A stretch of DNA of 64,000 nucleotides, taken from NCBI GenBank assembly GCA_035546095.1, contig DASZXB010000037.1, positions 3,598-67,597 of the forward strand, written 5' to 3'. The position numbers were made by a program, and so were the translations under genes. Every line of letters begins with the position of its first letter. Position 1 is the first letter of the stretch. Shown one piece after another: positions 42,507 to 53,100 of the stretch. The notes under the pieces were generated by a model. It saw only the letters and a list, made by a program, of their open reading frames with translations, was not told where the DNA came from and ran no database searches. This DNA comes from Verrucomicrobiia bacterium. Lineage in GTDB: Bacteria; Verrucomicrobiota; Verrucomicrobiia; Limisphaerales; UBA11358.

Positions 42507-44165
42507 TTACGACGGCGACGGTTTTTCATCGCTCGAATTGTCCGGCGCAAACGGTTCACCATTTTCTTCCGGTGGAGAAATTTGTGCTTCGGCGGGCGTC
42601 ACTGATTCAGTTGAAACAATTTCACTTTCTGCCGCAGATTTTTCTTCGACAGTTTTTTGTTCGTCCGCTTTCTTTTCCGATTTTTCCGGCTTCGGCGGTT
42701 TGGGCAACGGTTTCTTTGCTGTTTCCATCCGGCCATCGGCAAATTCCAAAACCGCTCCGGCGTGAATCAGCCAATGCAAATCCACCAGCACGGCGGTTTG
42801 CTCCGCCGTCGGCTCGGTGACCGGCAACGCCGCCGGTTCCGCAGGCGTGGGCGTGGCTTCGGCTGCGGGCGCAGAAGTGGATTCTGCAACAGCTTCAGTT
42901 TTCGGCGCAGCTTCAACTTTTTCAGTTTTTTCAACTTTCGGTGTCGGCGCGAGCGCTTCAATCAATTTTTTGCGCGTGCACTTCGGCGTGGCGTTGATGA
43001 AATTGACAATGCGCTTGATGCTTTCGGAAACCGGCGTGGTTTCAATGTCAAGGAACAGCGGACGCGCAACACTGACGTGAACGGCCATTTTGTTCACCTT
43101 GAAAAATTGCAAACCGTGCGCGGCGAATTGGTGGCTCAATTTTGTCGCCACTTGCAGCGGAAAATGTTTTTGATTTTCCCATTCCTTGCGGATGAGACGG
43201 TAAAGTCCCGTGCTCTTCAAATTGCGGCTGGCCGCGCCCGTGACGGTGTGCGCTTCGACCGCTTTGATGATGGAATCTTTGTGCGTCGCGCGAAAATGTT
43301 TTTCGACTTCTTCAAGACTCGCAAGTTTGAGCGGCTCGGCGACGTTCAGCGCGGCGTATTCCGTTTTGAAACTTTGCTCTTCGAGCCATTTTTTGACGAC
43401 GGCTTCGTCCTTCACGATTTTCACGCGCGCTTTGAAAACGTCGAACGGCATCCGCGCAAATTTTTCCGCGTGCAACTTGCGGAGTTGATTTTGGTAATCG
43501 TGATAATTCGGCGGGCCGAGAATCACGCCGCTCATGCCGCATTGCGCGACAAAAGTATAAGTGCCTTTCGGCGGCTCGGTCGGCGTGCGTTCGGTCTGAT
43601 AGAACGTGGCGAAATGATTTTTGAGAACGTGCGCGACGGCTTCGTCCTCGCTTGTCCATGGCGTGTCGTCCAGTGCGCAGACAAAAATTTGTTGCGCCGC
43701 TGTGCCGTCGGCTTTTTTCTTCGTCGTGAGTTGGACGGAATAACGTTCCGCCTTTTGCAAAATCAATTCCGCGATTTGAAACAGCGGATACGCACGCCCT
43801 GTGACGCGAATTTGTCGCGCGAGTTGCTCCACGCCTTTTTCTTCGGGCAAAATGGCGACATTCAATTCCGGCAATGGAACAGGCGGTTCGACATTTTCGC
43901 GACGCTCATCGCGTCCACGATTTTCGCCGCGACGAAAATCGCGTTTGCCGCCGGGTTTGCCGCCAAATTTTCTTTCACCGCGCGGACGGTCGCCGCCACC
44001 AAATCCGCTTTCGCGACGCGGACGACGTTCGCCACCGCGACGTTCGGGTTTTACGCCTTCGTTGCCGGTGAATTTTTCAAATTTGTTCGTCTCGGTTTTG
44101 CCCTGCGCCCAAGCGGGCTGGAACAGGGTGTCCAAATCGAGACCTAAATCAGGCACAGTGCTCAT
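42507..44165 (-). CDS. hypothetical protein with N-terminal Arg/Gly-rich tract and acidic Pro/Glu/Lys-rich tail
   Basis: 552 aa, 41 nt upstream of the helicase gene on the same strand. It has an RGG-like tract (ERRGGERRPRRESGFGGGDRPRGERKFGGKPGGKRDFRRGENRGRDERR), a ~300 aa globular middle and a low-complexity tail. No family recognised. Confidence 0.7.
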   Translation of the reverse strand: MSTVPDLGLDLDTLFQPAWAQGKTETNKFEKFTGNEGVKPERRGGERRPRRESGFGGGDRPRGERKFGGKPGGKRDFRRGENRGRDERRENVEPPVPLPELNVAILPEEKGVEQLARQIRVTGRAYPLFQIAELILQKAERYSVQLTTKKKADGTAAQQIFVCALDDTPWTSEDEAVAHVLKNHFATFYQTERTPTEPPKGTYTFVAQCGMSGVILGPPNYHDYQNQLRKLHAEKFARMPFDVFKARVKIVKDEAVVKKWLEEQSFKTEYAALNVAEPLKLASLEEVEKHFRATHKDSIIKAVEAHTVTGAASRNLKSTGLYRLIRKEWENQKHFPLQVATKLSHQFAAHGLQFFKVNKMAVHVSVARPLFLDIETTPVSESIKRIVNFINATPKCTRKKLIEALAPTPKVEKTEKVEAAPKTEAVAESTSAPAAEATPTPAEPAALPVTEPTAEQTAVLVDLHWLIHAGAVLEFADGRMETAKKPLPKPPKPEKSEKKADEQKTVEEKSAAESEIVSTESVTPAEAQISPPEENGEPFAPDNSSDEKPSPS

Positions 44166-44194
44166 GGAAAATGCGAAAAATGGTTCGGCGAAAA

Positions 44195-44434
44195 TTAAGC
44201 AGTCTGCAACTCGCGCGCATGGGTAATTTCCCGTTTATGAACCGGACGGACATCTGCGGCCTCGACGGTTGCCACCGCCGCCGTTGTTCCGTCCAGCGCG
44301 ACAAATTCAACTTCGTAAGCGCGTCCGTCGCGATACAAATGCACGACCGTTCCCACGTCGCCTGCTTCCAATCCTTTGGCGGGCAAATCGCGGGTCAACA
44401 CGACGCGGTCATGTTCTTTAATTCCAGATTTCAT
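44195..44434 (-). CDS. DUF4926 domain protein
   Basis: HDRVVLTRDLPAKGLEAGDVGTVVHLYRDGRAYEVEFVALDG fits the DUF4926 pattern. It has an ATGA overlap with the upstream reading frame. Confidence 0.75.
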   Translation of the reverse strand: MKSGIKEHDRVVLTRDLPAKGLEAGDVGTVVHLYRDGRAYEVEFVALDGTTAAVATVEAADVRPVHKREITHARELQTA

Positions 44435-44731
44435 TCTTTGCGCGGATAAGCGGACACCAGTCTAGCGGTTTCCAATCCTTTGTCCACAATCCAAATTGCC
44501 TGCACTTTTGCCAGTCTGCCGCCCGGCGTTTGAATCCGGCCAACGATAACATATTTCTGGCCGTGCGGCGATGAGGCGCGATACGTCACTTCCGCTTCGC
44601 GCGCCAACTCCAGAAAGGCCGCCGCCAAAAAACTGCGCCTTGCCGCCGTTGTCGGGATGTGAAGCGTCGAGCAAATAATTTTCAATCTTGTCGCGCTCGA
44701 CAATCGCCTTGTCCGCGTTCGGCAGTTTCAT
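44431..44731 (-). pseudogene. DUF6883 domain gene interrupted by a 1 nt frameshift in a homopolymer
   Basis: The N-terminal part (MKLPNADKAIVERDKIENYLLDASHPDNGGKAQFF) and the C-terminal part (LAAAFLELAREAEVTYRASSPHGQKYVIVGRIQTPGGRLAKVQAIWIVDKGLETARLVSAYP) lie in adjacent frames. They join at the A6/T6 run 44627-44632, and removing one base restores a single ORF. Confidence 0.7.
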
Positions 44732-44796
44732 TTGGGGAATTTATGCTGCACAGATTTTGAAAAATCCGGCGCAGAAAGCAAGCGTGCTTCGAGAAG

Positions 44797-45282
44797 TTAA
44801 ACTTGCCGCTTAAATGTTCGGGCAATGTCTGGATACTTTTTGCGTTTGTGATATGGCATAACCGTTTTGAGCGCGTTTGCGAGCACCCATTGCAAATAAG
44901 AATCACGTTCCGACTGAAAATGTTTGAGGAGAGCAGATTCGACAGCAACTCCAGCGTCTTTAATTGTAAGTGCTCGAATAATACCTTCGCGGATAACTCG
45001 ATGGTGTGGAATGTCAAGATGACGAACGAGAACTGAATACAATTCGGGATAAGGCGCTGAAGTGTTTACAAGGTCATAAACAGAAGAAACCGCCACGCCA
45101 TGTTCGCGAAGCTCCGCAGTCAATGCAGCATCTTCCGGTGCATAGATAGCTTGATTTGCTGCAATTTGCTTTTCGCGTTCCCACAATCTCGCTTGATATT
45201 CTGAATTAGCTTTAAGCTCGCGAGCAAATTCTTCAGCAGTTTTGGTTTTTTCATTTGAATTATCCCGCTGCCGGAGTTCCAC
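44797..45282 (-). CDS. hypothetical protein (helical repeat-like)
   Basis: 161 aa ORF, AT-rich. Its ATG overlaps the last 23 nt of recA. No family recognised and the start is uncertain. Confidence 0.45.
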   Translation of the reverse strand: MELRQRDNSNEKTKTAEEFARELKANSEYQARLWEREKQIAANQAIYAPEDAALTAELREHGVAVSSVYDLVNTSAPYPELYSVLVRHLDIPHHRVIREGIIRALTIKDAGVAVESALLKHFQSERDSYLQWVLANALKTVMPYHKRKKYPDIARTFKRQV

Positions 45283-46315
45283 TCTTCTTTGCCAAAATTT
45301 CGTCCACGATTTTCTGTTTCAATTCCGGTTTTTCTTCGAGCGATTTTTTGGCGGCGTCGCGTCCTTGACCAATCAGCGCGCCGTCGAATTGCAGCCACGC
45401 GCCTTTTTTCTCCACCACGCCAAGTTCGATGCCCACGTCCAAAATGCTGCCTTCCTTGTCTATGCCATGATTGTAAATGATGTCGAACTCGGCTTCGGCG
45501 AACGGCGGCGCGACTTTGTTCTTCACGATTTTCACGCGCGTGTGATTGCCGATGGCGTTGCCGGCGGAATCTTTCAGCGTGTCTTTGCGGCGGATGTCAA
45601 TGCGCACGCTGGCGTAAAATTTCAGCGCCTTGCCACCGGGCGTTGTTTCGGGATTGCCGAACATCACGCCGACTTTTTCGCGCAACTGATTCGTAAAAAT
45701 GCACGTCGTCTTGGATTTATTCAAAATCGCCGTGAGTTTGCGCAACGCCTGTGACATCAATCGCGCCTGCATTCCCATCGTGTGCATTCCCATTTCGCCT
45801 TCGAGTTCAGCTTTGGGCACGAGCGCAGCGACGGAATCAATCACAATTACATCCAAAGCATTCGAGCGCGCGAGCGTTTCGCAAATCGTCAACGCTTCTT
45901 CGCCGGAATCCGGCTGCGACACGAGCAAATCATCCAGATTCACGCCGAGTTTTTTGGCATAACCGGGGTCGAGCGCGTGCTCGGCGTCAATGAACGCGGC
46001 GAGTCCGCCCGCTTTTTGCGCGTTGGCGATGACGTGCAGCATGAGCGTGGTTTTGCCGGAAGATTCGGGGCCGAAAATTTCAATTACGCGACCGCGCGGC
46101 AAACCGCCGACACCGAGCGCGAGGTCAATCGCCAGTCCGCCCGTGGGAATGACTTCGATTTTTTTCTGCGCGTGCGCTTCGCCGAGGCGCATGATCGCGC
46201 CTTCGCCGTAATTTTTCGTGATGTCGGAAATTGCGGCGTCCAGCGCGCGTTCGCGGGCGGCGGAAGTTTTGGTTTCGGAGTTTTTTTCGACGGATTTTTC
46301 TGCGGATTTGGCCAT
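45260..46315 (-). CDS. recA: recombinase RecA
   Basis: [17 protein letters not shown] Walker [20 protein letters not shown] and the [12 protein letters not shown]2 region. Confidence 0.97.
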   Translation of the reverse strand: MAKSAEKSVEKNSETKTSAARERALDAAISDITKNYGEGAIMRLGEAHAQKKIEVIPTGGLAIDLALGVGGLPRGRVIEIFGPESSGKTTLMLHVIANAQKAGGLAAFIDAEHALDPGYAKKLGVNLDDLLVSQPDSGEEALTICETLARSNALDVIVIDSVAALVPKAELEGEMGMHTMGMQARLMSQALRKLTAILNKSKTTCIFTNQLREKVGVMFGNPETTPGGKALKFYASVRIDIRRKDTLKDSAGNAIGNHTRVKIVKNKVAPPFAEAEFDIIYNHGIDKEGSILDVGIELGVVEKKGAWLQFDGALIGQGRDAAKKSLEEKPELKQKIVDEILAKKSGTPAAG

Positions 46316-46417
46316 AAAATTTCGAGATTTTGACGTTGAAAACGACGGTAGCGAACGATTGTGAAATGGTCAATCGAATTGAATTGAAAACGGCGCGCGT
46401 TTTCGCAAATTGTTCGT

Positions 46418-46933
46418 GTGAAATTTGCCAATGTTTTTGCATTGTTGCTGCTGGCAGTGATTTTCGCCGGTTGCAAAAAATCGGAAACCGCCACCGCGCC
46501 GCGAAGCGCAGAGGATTCATTGCCGACGCGCGCGCAACCGAAATTGCCGACGCTGAAAATTTATCTCGGCGCGGAAACGCTGGACGCCGAACTGGCCACG
46601 ACGCGGCAGGAGGAAGAGACCGGCATGATGTTCCGCACGAACATTTTGGAAACCGACGCGATGCTATTCGTCTTTCCCTTTCCGCAGCGCGCGAATTTCT
46701 GGATGAAGAATTGTCCCGAATCTATTTCCGCCGCCTACATTTCGCCCGACGGCGTGATTCAGGAAATCCATCATTTGGAAAAAGAGGACACGAACACGAT
46801 TTCGTCCGCGTCGGAAAGTATCGGCTACGTTTTGGAAACCAAAGACGGCTGGTTCGGGCGGCACAATGTCACCACCGGCATGGTGATCCGCACGGAACGC
46901 GGTTCGTTGCATGACACATTTTTTGGGAAATAA
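46418..46933 (+). CDS. DUF192 domain lipoprotein
   Basis: GTG start and lipobox LLLAVIFAGC, then DAELATTRQEEETGMMFR...AMLFVFP...FWMKNCPESISAAYISPDGVI. Confidence 0.85.
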   Translation: MKFANVFALLLLAVIFAGCKKSETATAPRSAEDSLPTRAQPKLPTLKIYLGAETLDAELATTRQEEETGMMFRTNILETDAMLFVFPFPQRANFWMKNCPESISAAYISPDGVIQEIHHLEKEDTNTISSASESIGYVLETKDGWFGRHNVTTGMVIRTERGSLHDTFFGK

Positions 46934-46935
46934 TT

Positions 46936-48045
46936 TCAGGCGAGACGGACGGCTTTTCCGGTTTTGGCGGATTCGTAAATCGCCATCATGATTTTCACGT
47001 CGCGCAAACCTTCTTCGCCGGAAGCGCGCGTCGGGCGATTTTCCAAAATGCACTGCGCGAAGTCGTCCATTTCGGCGGCGAACTGGTCAATCTGCGGAAG
47101 TTCAATCATTTCTCCGTCGCTGCGCCGACCGAAAATGCCGCCGTAGCCGTAAGCCGAATCCAGCCCGAACCAGCCGCGTTCGGCAAATACCCGGAAATTG
47201 TCAATGCCGCCAACTTTATACGTCGCGCTGCAATGTGCGAGCACGCCGTCTGGAAATTTCATCTGCCACACGACGGATTCCTCAACTTCCTTGAATTTCA
47301 CCGGGTCGGTCACAGTCGTAATCGCGGAAATTTCAACCGGTTCTTCGCCGGAAATGTAGCGCGTCGCCTGCAACGCATAAATGCCCACGTCCATGAGCGG
47401 CCCGCCGCCGGCCAAGTCCTTTTTCAATCGCCATTGTGTCGGGTCGCCAATGGCAAAACCGAATCCGGCTTCGATGATTTTCAAATCGCCCAAAACTTTT
47501 TCGCGCGCGAGCCGGACACATTCCAGATTATTCGGTTCGAAATGCAGGCGATAACCAATGGCCAATTGTTTTCCGGCTTTTTTACATTCGTCAATCATCT
47601 GCTGACATTTGGCGACGGAAATTTCCATCGGTTTTTCGCACAACACGTGTTTGCCCGCGCGCGCGGCTTTGATGGTGTGCTCGGCGTGCAGCGCGTTGGG
47701 CGTGACGACATAAACCACGTCAATGTCGGGATTATTCGCCATTTGTTCCATGTTGTCGTAGTCGTAAATGTTCTTGTCGGGAATGTCGTATTGCGCCTTC
47801 CAGCGTTCGGCTTTTGCCGGATGGCCGGTGACGATGCCGGTGAGTTTGCAAAATTTTGTCTTCTGCAACGCGGGCGCAAGTTGATGCGTGCTCAAATTGC
47901 CGAGACCAGCGAGCGCGAAACCGATTTTGCGCGAGGGTTCCGCAGATTGCGCGCAGGAACTCAACATACCGATGAACGGCAAACTCGCGGCGGCAACGGA
48001 AGTGGTTTTGATGAAATCACGGCGGGAATGAAGTTTGGTTTTCAT
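46936..48045 (-). CDS. Gfo/Idh/MocA family oxidoreductase with TAT signal
   Basis: SRRDFIKTTSVAAASLPFIG twin-arginine signal, IGFALAGLGNLS Rossmann motif and EKPM. Confidence 0.9.
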   Translation of the reverse strand: MKTKLHSRRDFIKTTSVAAASLPFIGMLSSCAQSAEPSRKIGFALAGLGNLSTHQLAPALQKTKFCKLTGIVTGHPAKAERWKAQYDIPDKNIYDYDNMEQMANNPDIDVVYVVTPNALHAEHTIKAARAGKHVLCEKPMEISVAKCQQMIDECKKAGKQLAIGYRLHFEPNNLECVRLAREKVLGDLKIIEAGFGFAIGDPTQWRLKKDLAGGGPLMDVGIYALQATRYISGEEPVEISAITTVTDPVKFKEVEESVVWQMKFPDGVLAHCSATYKVGGIDNFRVFAERGWFGLDSAYGYGGIFGRRSDGEMIELPQIDQFAAEMDDFAQCILENRPTRASGEEGLRDVKIMMAIYESAKTGKAVRLA

Positions 48046-48119
48046 GGCGAAAATTCAGTTGGCTTGGATGACTCAGAAAATGCTCGCCGTTTCGCCAATG
48101 CGCAAACTAAATTATTTCC

Positions 48120-49403
48120 ATGTCGCGTGCCCAATCTGAAAAACTTTTTGCCGAGGCGCTGAAATTTATTCCCGGCGGTGTGAATTCGCCGGTGCGCGCA
48201 TTTCGCGCCGTCGGTGGAAATCCGTTTTTTGTCAGCAAAGCGCGCGGCGCAAAAATTTGGGATGTGGACGGCAACGAATTGATTGATTACGTCGGCACGT
48301 GGGGACCGGCGATTCTCGGCCACGCGCATCCGAAAATTATTTCCGCCGTGAAAACCGCCGCCGAATTAGGAACGAGTTTCGGCATTCCCAATCCGCTCGA
48401 AGTGAAAATGGCGAAGTTGATTTGTGAATTTATTCCGTCAATTCAAAAGGTGCGGATGGTGAATTCGGGAACGGAAGCGTGCATGAGCGCAATCCGCCTC
48501 GCGCGCGGTTTCACAAAGCGCGACAAGATTATTAAATTCGACGGTTGCTATCATGGTCACGCAGATTCACTTTTGGTCAAAGCTGGCAGTGGCGCGTTGA
48601 CGTTTGGCAATCCCGACAGCGCGGGCGTGCCGGTGGCGTTCACGCAACACACTATCGTCGCGCCGTTCAACGACGTGGACGCGCTGAAACATATTTTTGC
48701 GGCGAACAAAAATGGAATTGCCGCGATTATCGTCGAACCGATTCCGGGCAACGCGGGTTTATATTTGCCGAAACCCGGCTATCTGGAATTTTTGCGCGAA
48801 ATCACAAATTCAAATGGCGCGCTGTTGATTTTCGACGAAGTGATGACAGGATTTCGCCTCTCGCGCGGCGGCGCGCAGGAACGATTCAACATTTCGCCGG
48901 ACTTGACGTGTCTCGGCAAAATCATCGGCGGCGGTTTGCCGGTCGGCGCGTTTGGCGGACGCGCGGAAATCATGGACTTGCTCGCGCCGCTCGGGCCGGT
49001 TTATCAAGCCGGAACGTTGAGTGGCAATCCGGTCGCGATGGCGGCGGGAATCGCGGCGTTGGAAGAATTGAATCGCGGAGATCAATATGCGTTGCTCGAA
49101 AATCTCGGCGCGCAACTCGAAGCGGGAATTGGCGACGCGGCGCGCTCGGCAAAAATTCCAATTCAATTCAATCGCTGCGGCTCGATGTTCTGCATTTATT
49201 TCACGAGCGAGCCGGTTTGGAATTTATCCGACGCCATGAAAAGCGACCGCGAGCGGTTCAAGAAATTTTTTCACGGAATGTTGAACGCAGGCATTTACCT
49301 TGCGCCGTCGCAGTTCGAGGCCGGCTTCATTTCCACTGCGCACACGACGGTGGACATTGAAAAAACGGTGCAAGCGGCAATGAAAGTTTTGCGTGGACTG
49401 TAA
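48120..49403 (+). CDS. hemL: glutamate-1-semialdehyde 2,1-aminomutase
   Basis: [34 protein letters not shown] and [13 protein letters not shown] (the PLP lysine). Confidence 0.95.
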   Translation: MSRAQSEKLFAEALKFIPGGVNSPVRAFRAVGGNPFFVSKARGAKIWDVDGNELIDYVGTWGPAILGHAHPKIISAVKTAAELGTSFGIPNPLEVKMAKLICEFIPSIQKVRMVNSGTEACMSAIRLARGFTKRDKIIKFDGCYHGHADSLLVKAGSGALTFGNPDSAGVPVAFTQHTIVAPFNDVDALKHIFAANKNGIAAIIVEPIPGNAGLYLPKPGYLEFLREITNSNGALLIFDEVMTGFRLSRGGAQERFNISPDLTCLGKIIGGGLPVGAFGGRAEIMDLLAPLGPVYQAGTLSGNPVAMAAGIAALEELNRGDQYALLENLGAQLEAGIGDAARSAKIPIQFNRCGSMFCIYFTSEPVWNLSDAMKSDRERFKKFFHGMLNAGIYLAPSQFEAGFISTAHTTVDIEKTVQAAMKVLRGL

Positions 49404-49491
49404 CCTTCGATTTTCGCAAGCGTCTGACCAGACAGCTCCCCGGCATAAGGCTGTGGGAAATTAACGTAATTAACATAAAATCGGACGGTTT

Positions 49492-49914
49492 ATGAAAACA
49501 AAAAGAACGACACTTATCGCGGCGCTGGCCGTTGGCGGTTTGCTGGCCTTGGGCACGGCTTTGCACGCGGATGACAGCACGAACACTCCGCCTGCTGCGC
49601 CGACGCCCAAAAACAACTCCGGCGGACACATGCGCGGGCCAAACATTGATCAAATTGCCAAGCGGTTGGATTTGACCGACGACCAGAAGCCGAAGGTCAA
49701 AACGATTCTTGACGAACGAAACGACAAGATGCGCGCGGTGATGCAGGATAAAGACGCGTCGCGCGATGACAAAATGGCCAAAATGAAAACGATCCGCGAG
49801 GATACCGATACGAAAATGAAAGCCGTTCTCACGGCAGATCAATTTGCGAAATGGCAAAAGATGCAGCCGCAACCGCGCCAACACCGCGCGCCCAGCGACT
49901 CATCGCAGAATTGA
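49492..49914 (+). CDS. periplasmic Spy/CpxP-like (LTxxQ-type) small protein
   Basis: Signal peptide, two L[DT]xDQ helices (LDLTDDQKPKVKTIL; LTADQFAKWQKM) and a charged helical composition. Confidence 0.55.
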   Translation: MKTKRTTLIAALAVGGLLALGTALHADDSTNTPPAAPTPKNNSGGHMRGPNIDQIAKRLDLTDDQKPKVKTILDERNDKMRAVMQDKDASRDDKMAKMKTIREDTDTKMKAVLTADQFAKWQKMQPQPRQHRAPSDSSQN

Positions 49915-49935
49915 GTTTTGTGGGGGGTAGTAATC

Positions 49936-49962
49936 AAGGACGGCTCGCGCCGTCCTTTTTTG
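49936..49962 (+). terminator. Rho-independent terminator
   Basis: GGACGGC-TCGC-GCCGTCC is followed by TTTTTTGTTTTT. Confidence 0.8.
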
Positions 49963-50058
49963 TTTTTCAGCGGCATTTACTTTTCCCGGCGGATGTTGCG
50001 GCAAGAGCCGTGAAATTCATTTGAGCAAGTGCGTTGACGCCGCTATGGTGATGGGGCT

Positions 50059-50135
50059 GCGCGCGTAGCTCAACTGGATAGAGCGTCGGCCTCCGGAGCC
50101 GAAGGTTGTGGGTTCAACTCCCGCCGCGCGCACCA
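50059..50135 (+). tRNA. tRNA-Arg (anticodon CCG)
   Basis: Hand-folded cloverleaf. Acceptor GCGCGCG/CGCGCGC, D arm GCTC-AACTGGATA-GAGC, anticodon arm TCGGC-CTCCGGA-GCCGA, T arm GTGGG-TTCAACT-CCCGC, discriminator A and an encoded CCA. Confidence 0.9.
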
Positions 50136-50195
50136 TCTTTTGTTTTATCGGTGAGTGGATGAATTGCCGGTTTTGCAATTAAGAATTATTGTGCA

Positions 50196-53100
50196 ATGAT
50201 GACCGTCATGTTCCGTAATGCTTTCTTTCTTTCCGCGTGGACGGCGGGTTTTGTTTTTTTTAATTCACATCCGGTTTATGCGGACAGTTCAAATTGGTTT
50301 GCGCGCGTATGGCAATCGGATGATGGATTGTCGGACAACAATGTCACCGGCGTTGCGCAGACATCAGACGGTTATTTATGGGTGGCGACGCAAGGCGGCT
50401 TGGTGCGTTTTGACGGCGTCCAGTTCAAAAGACTTTCGTTGCCGACAATTTTGGGAATGCCGGTGGGGATGATTCGCGCATTGACGGTTTGCAACGGGGA
50501 CCATTTGTGGCTGGCGTTGGAAGGCGGTGTGGTGATTTCCGTGAGTCCTTACGAAACCAAGATTTACACCACGGCGCAGGGATTGCCGGGAGTCCGTCCG
50601 GCCTCCATCACCGAAGATGCGGATGGTTCGGTTTGGGTGGGATATTGGGATGACTCCGCCTGTCGAATTGCAAACGGTGAAGTAAAGCGTTTCACAAACA
50701 AAGAGGGATTACCCTACACCGGGTTTTGTTCATTGGTGACTGACGTTAAGAAACAACTGTGGTTTGCCGAGGGCAATCATGTTGGCATTTTCCGCGACGG
50801 CAGATTTGCTTCTTTAATAACCACGCCCGGACGGCTGGCGGGCATTGCGGCAAAGGATGACGGAGGTATTTGGATTGTCGCCGGTCGGAAATTATTCAAA
50901 TACGAAACCGGTGAAACTTTGACGCAAGTGGCCGAACTGCCGGCGTCCGGTGAAAATATCGAGCCGCTGGCTCTGTTTGAGGACCGGACAAAGGCGGTTT
51001 GGATCGGCACCGCGGCAAACGGCCTGTTTCGTTTTGATGGCACGAATGTCTCTCATGTGCGCGCATCCCACGAAGAAGTCAGAAGTGTCACGGAAGATCG
51101 CGAAGGCAACATTTGGGTTGGTTCCAGCGGCTCCGGCTTAAGCCGTTTGTCATTGCGCGCGTTGGAATTGCTTGGCGTGGAGCATGGCCTGCCTTTTGAA
51201 ACTGTGCAGTCGGTTTGCGAAGACGCGGACAGTAATCTGTGGGTTGTCGCGCCGAATGGTTCTTTGGTGCGCCAACAGGGCAAGGACTGGCAATTGATGA
51301 ATGGCAATCCCGAATGGCCCGGCGGACAAGCTTCCTGTGTCGCTGCGGACGAGATTGGCAAAGTCTGGATTGGCACGGTGAACAACGGCTTATACGAATG
51401 GAATGACGGCCATTACTCTGTGATTCGCAAAACCAACGGTCTGGCCAGCGATAAAGTTTGGACCTTGATGACGGATTCCCAAAATGACATTTGGATTTCC
51501 TTGAGCAATCCCAATTGCGTGGAGCGCCTGCGCGACGGAAAATTTCAAAAATTTGATTTGCCCGTCGGCAGTCATTTTGCGCGGGCGATGGTGGAAGACG
51601 CGGCGCACGTCATTTGGATGGGAACCGAGGATGGAAAATTGTTGCGGGTGAAGGACGGCGTTTTGTCGGATGAAACGGCGCGCACGTTGACGAAGTTGGT
51701 GCCGATTCGATGTCTGCAAGCGACTGCCGACGGAAGTTTATGGATTGGCTACGCCAGCGCGGGTTTGGGCCGGCTCAAGGACGGACGATTCACGCAAATC
51801 GGCGCGGAACAGGGATTGCCCGATGATTTCATTTCTCAAATTCTGCCGGACGATTTTGGCCGGCTGTGGATTGCCAGCAACAAAGGCATTTTTGAAGTGC
51901 AACAGCCGGAATTGGAAACCGCCGGCGAACCGGTGAAAAATGTCCAGCCCATGCTCTTCGGAAAAAACGAGGGTTTGCCGAGTCTTCAAGCGAATTTTGG
52001 CTATGGGCCGAATTTCATACGGTTGCGGGATGGCCGGCTCTGTTTTTCCATGTTGACCGGCCTCGTGATGGTGAATCCGCAAAAAATTTCCATCCATCAA
52101 CAAGCCGTTCCGGTTTTGATTGAGCGCGTGAGTGTGGACGGCAAAATTTTGCCGTTCCCCGGATACAATCAACTATTGGGAAACGAACTGACCGCGTCGA
52201 ATGAATTTCAATCTGTCCACGCGTTGGAGATTCCGCCCGAACATCGCGAATTGAAAATTGATTACAATGCGCTCGGCTTTGCCGCGCCGCAGAATGTCCG
52301 TATGCGTTATCAATTGCTCGGATACGATCGACAGCCGGTCGAGACGACGCAGCGAAGCGTGACGTATTCGCAAATCCCGCCGGGGCGCTATCAATTTCAA
52401 GTCACGGCGTGCAACGATTCCGGCGTGTGGAATCAAACCGGCGCGCAATTGAATTTTATCGTGGACCCGTTTTTCTGGCAGACTTGGTGGTTTCGTGCGG
52501 CGGCATTGCTGGCATTTACCGGCGTGATTGTCGTGGCAATTTATTATATTTCCGTGCGCCGTTTGCATCGTAAGGTGTGGCGGCTGGAACAGGAATCAGC
52601 AGTCGAAAAAGATCGCGCCCGCATCGCCAAGGATTTGCATGACGACTTAGGCGCACATTTGAGCCAAATCGCCATGTTAAGCGAACTGGCGCAGACGGAT
52701 TTGGAAAAGCCGGCGCAGGCGAGAAGTCACATTGACCAGATTTTTCGCAACGCCCGATTGCTCACCCGTTCGCTCGATGAAATCGTCTGGGCGGTCAATC
52801 CTAAAAACGACACGCTGGAACGGTTTGTGGCGCATGTCTGTCAATTCGCACCGGAATTTTTGCGAACGGCGGACATCCGCTGTCGGTTGGACATGCCGAT
52901 GGATTTGTCCTCGCTTCAGCTTGCTTCCAATGTTCGTCATCAACTTTATCTCGGTTTCAAGGAATCATTGCACAACATCGTCAAGCACGCGGAAGCCACC
53001 GAAGTCTGGTTGCGGCTCAAATTGACGGATGGCACGATTGTTTTCACCATTGAAGATAACGGTCGGGGTTTTGAGACCAGTAAAGTTTTCAAGAATGGCG

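Noticed and set aside
42657-44147. 496 aa + strand ORF opposite the 552 aa RGG protein gene.
   Set aside because: Its composition is dominated by Arg/Phe/Gly runs (RRFRRRGRGFGCGRRSGF...), typical of the antisense of a Lys/Glu/Pro-rich gene. The minus-strand frame has a plausible globular core and is co-oriented 41 nt upstream of the helicase gene.
44797-45282. Considered whether the gene immediately downstream of recA is recX.
   Set aside because: The sequence shows none of the repeated three-helix RecX pattern, and the gene is compositionally foreign (AT-rich). It is kept as hypothetical.
47233-48162. 309 aa ORF antisense to the second Gfo/Idh/MocA gene. The same applies to 58933..59670 and 59746..60618 (antisense GH3) and 61978..62952 (antisense S9 peptidase).
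   Set aside because: They are shadow ORFs opposite motif-supported genes.
50059-50195. Checked the tRNA-Arg flank for an integrase, direct repeats of the tRNA 3' end, or other signs of an integrated element.
   Set aside because: No integrase or recombinase ORF and no duplicated tRNA 3' segment were seen in the window. The downstream genes look like ordinary PVC chromosomal content.
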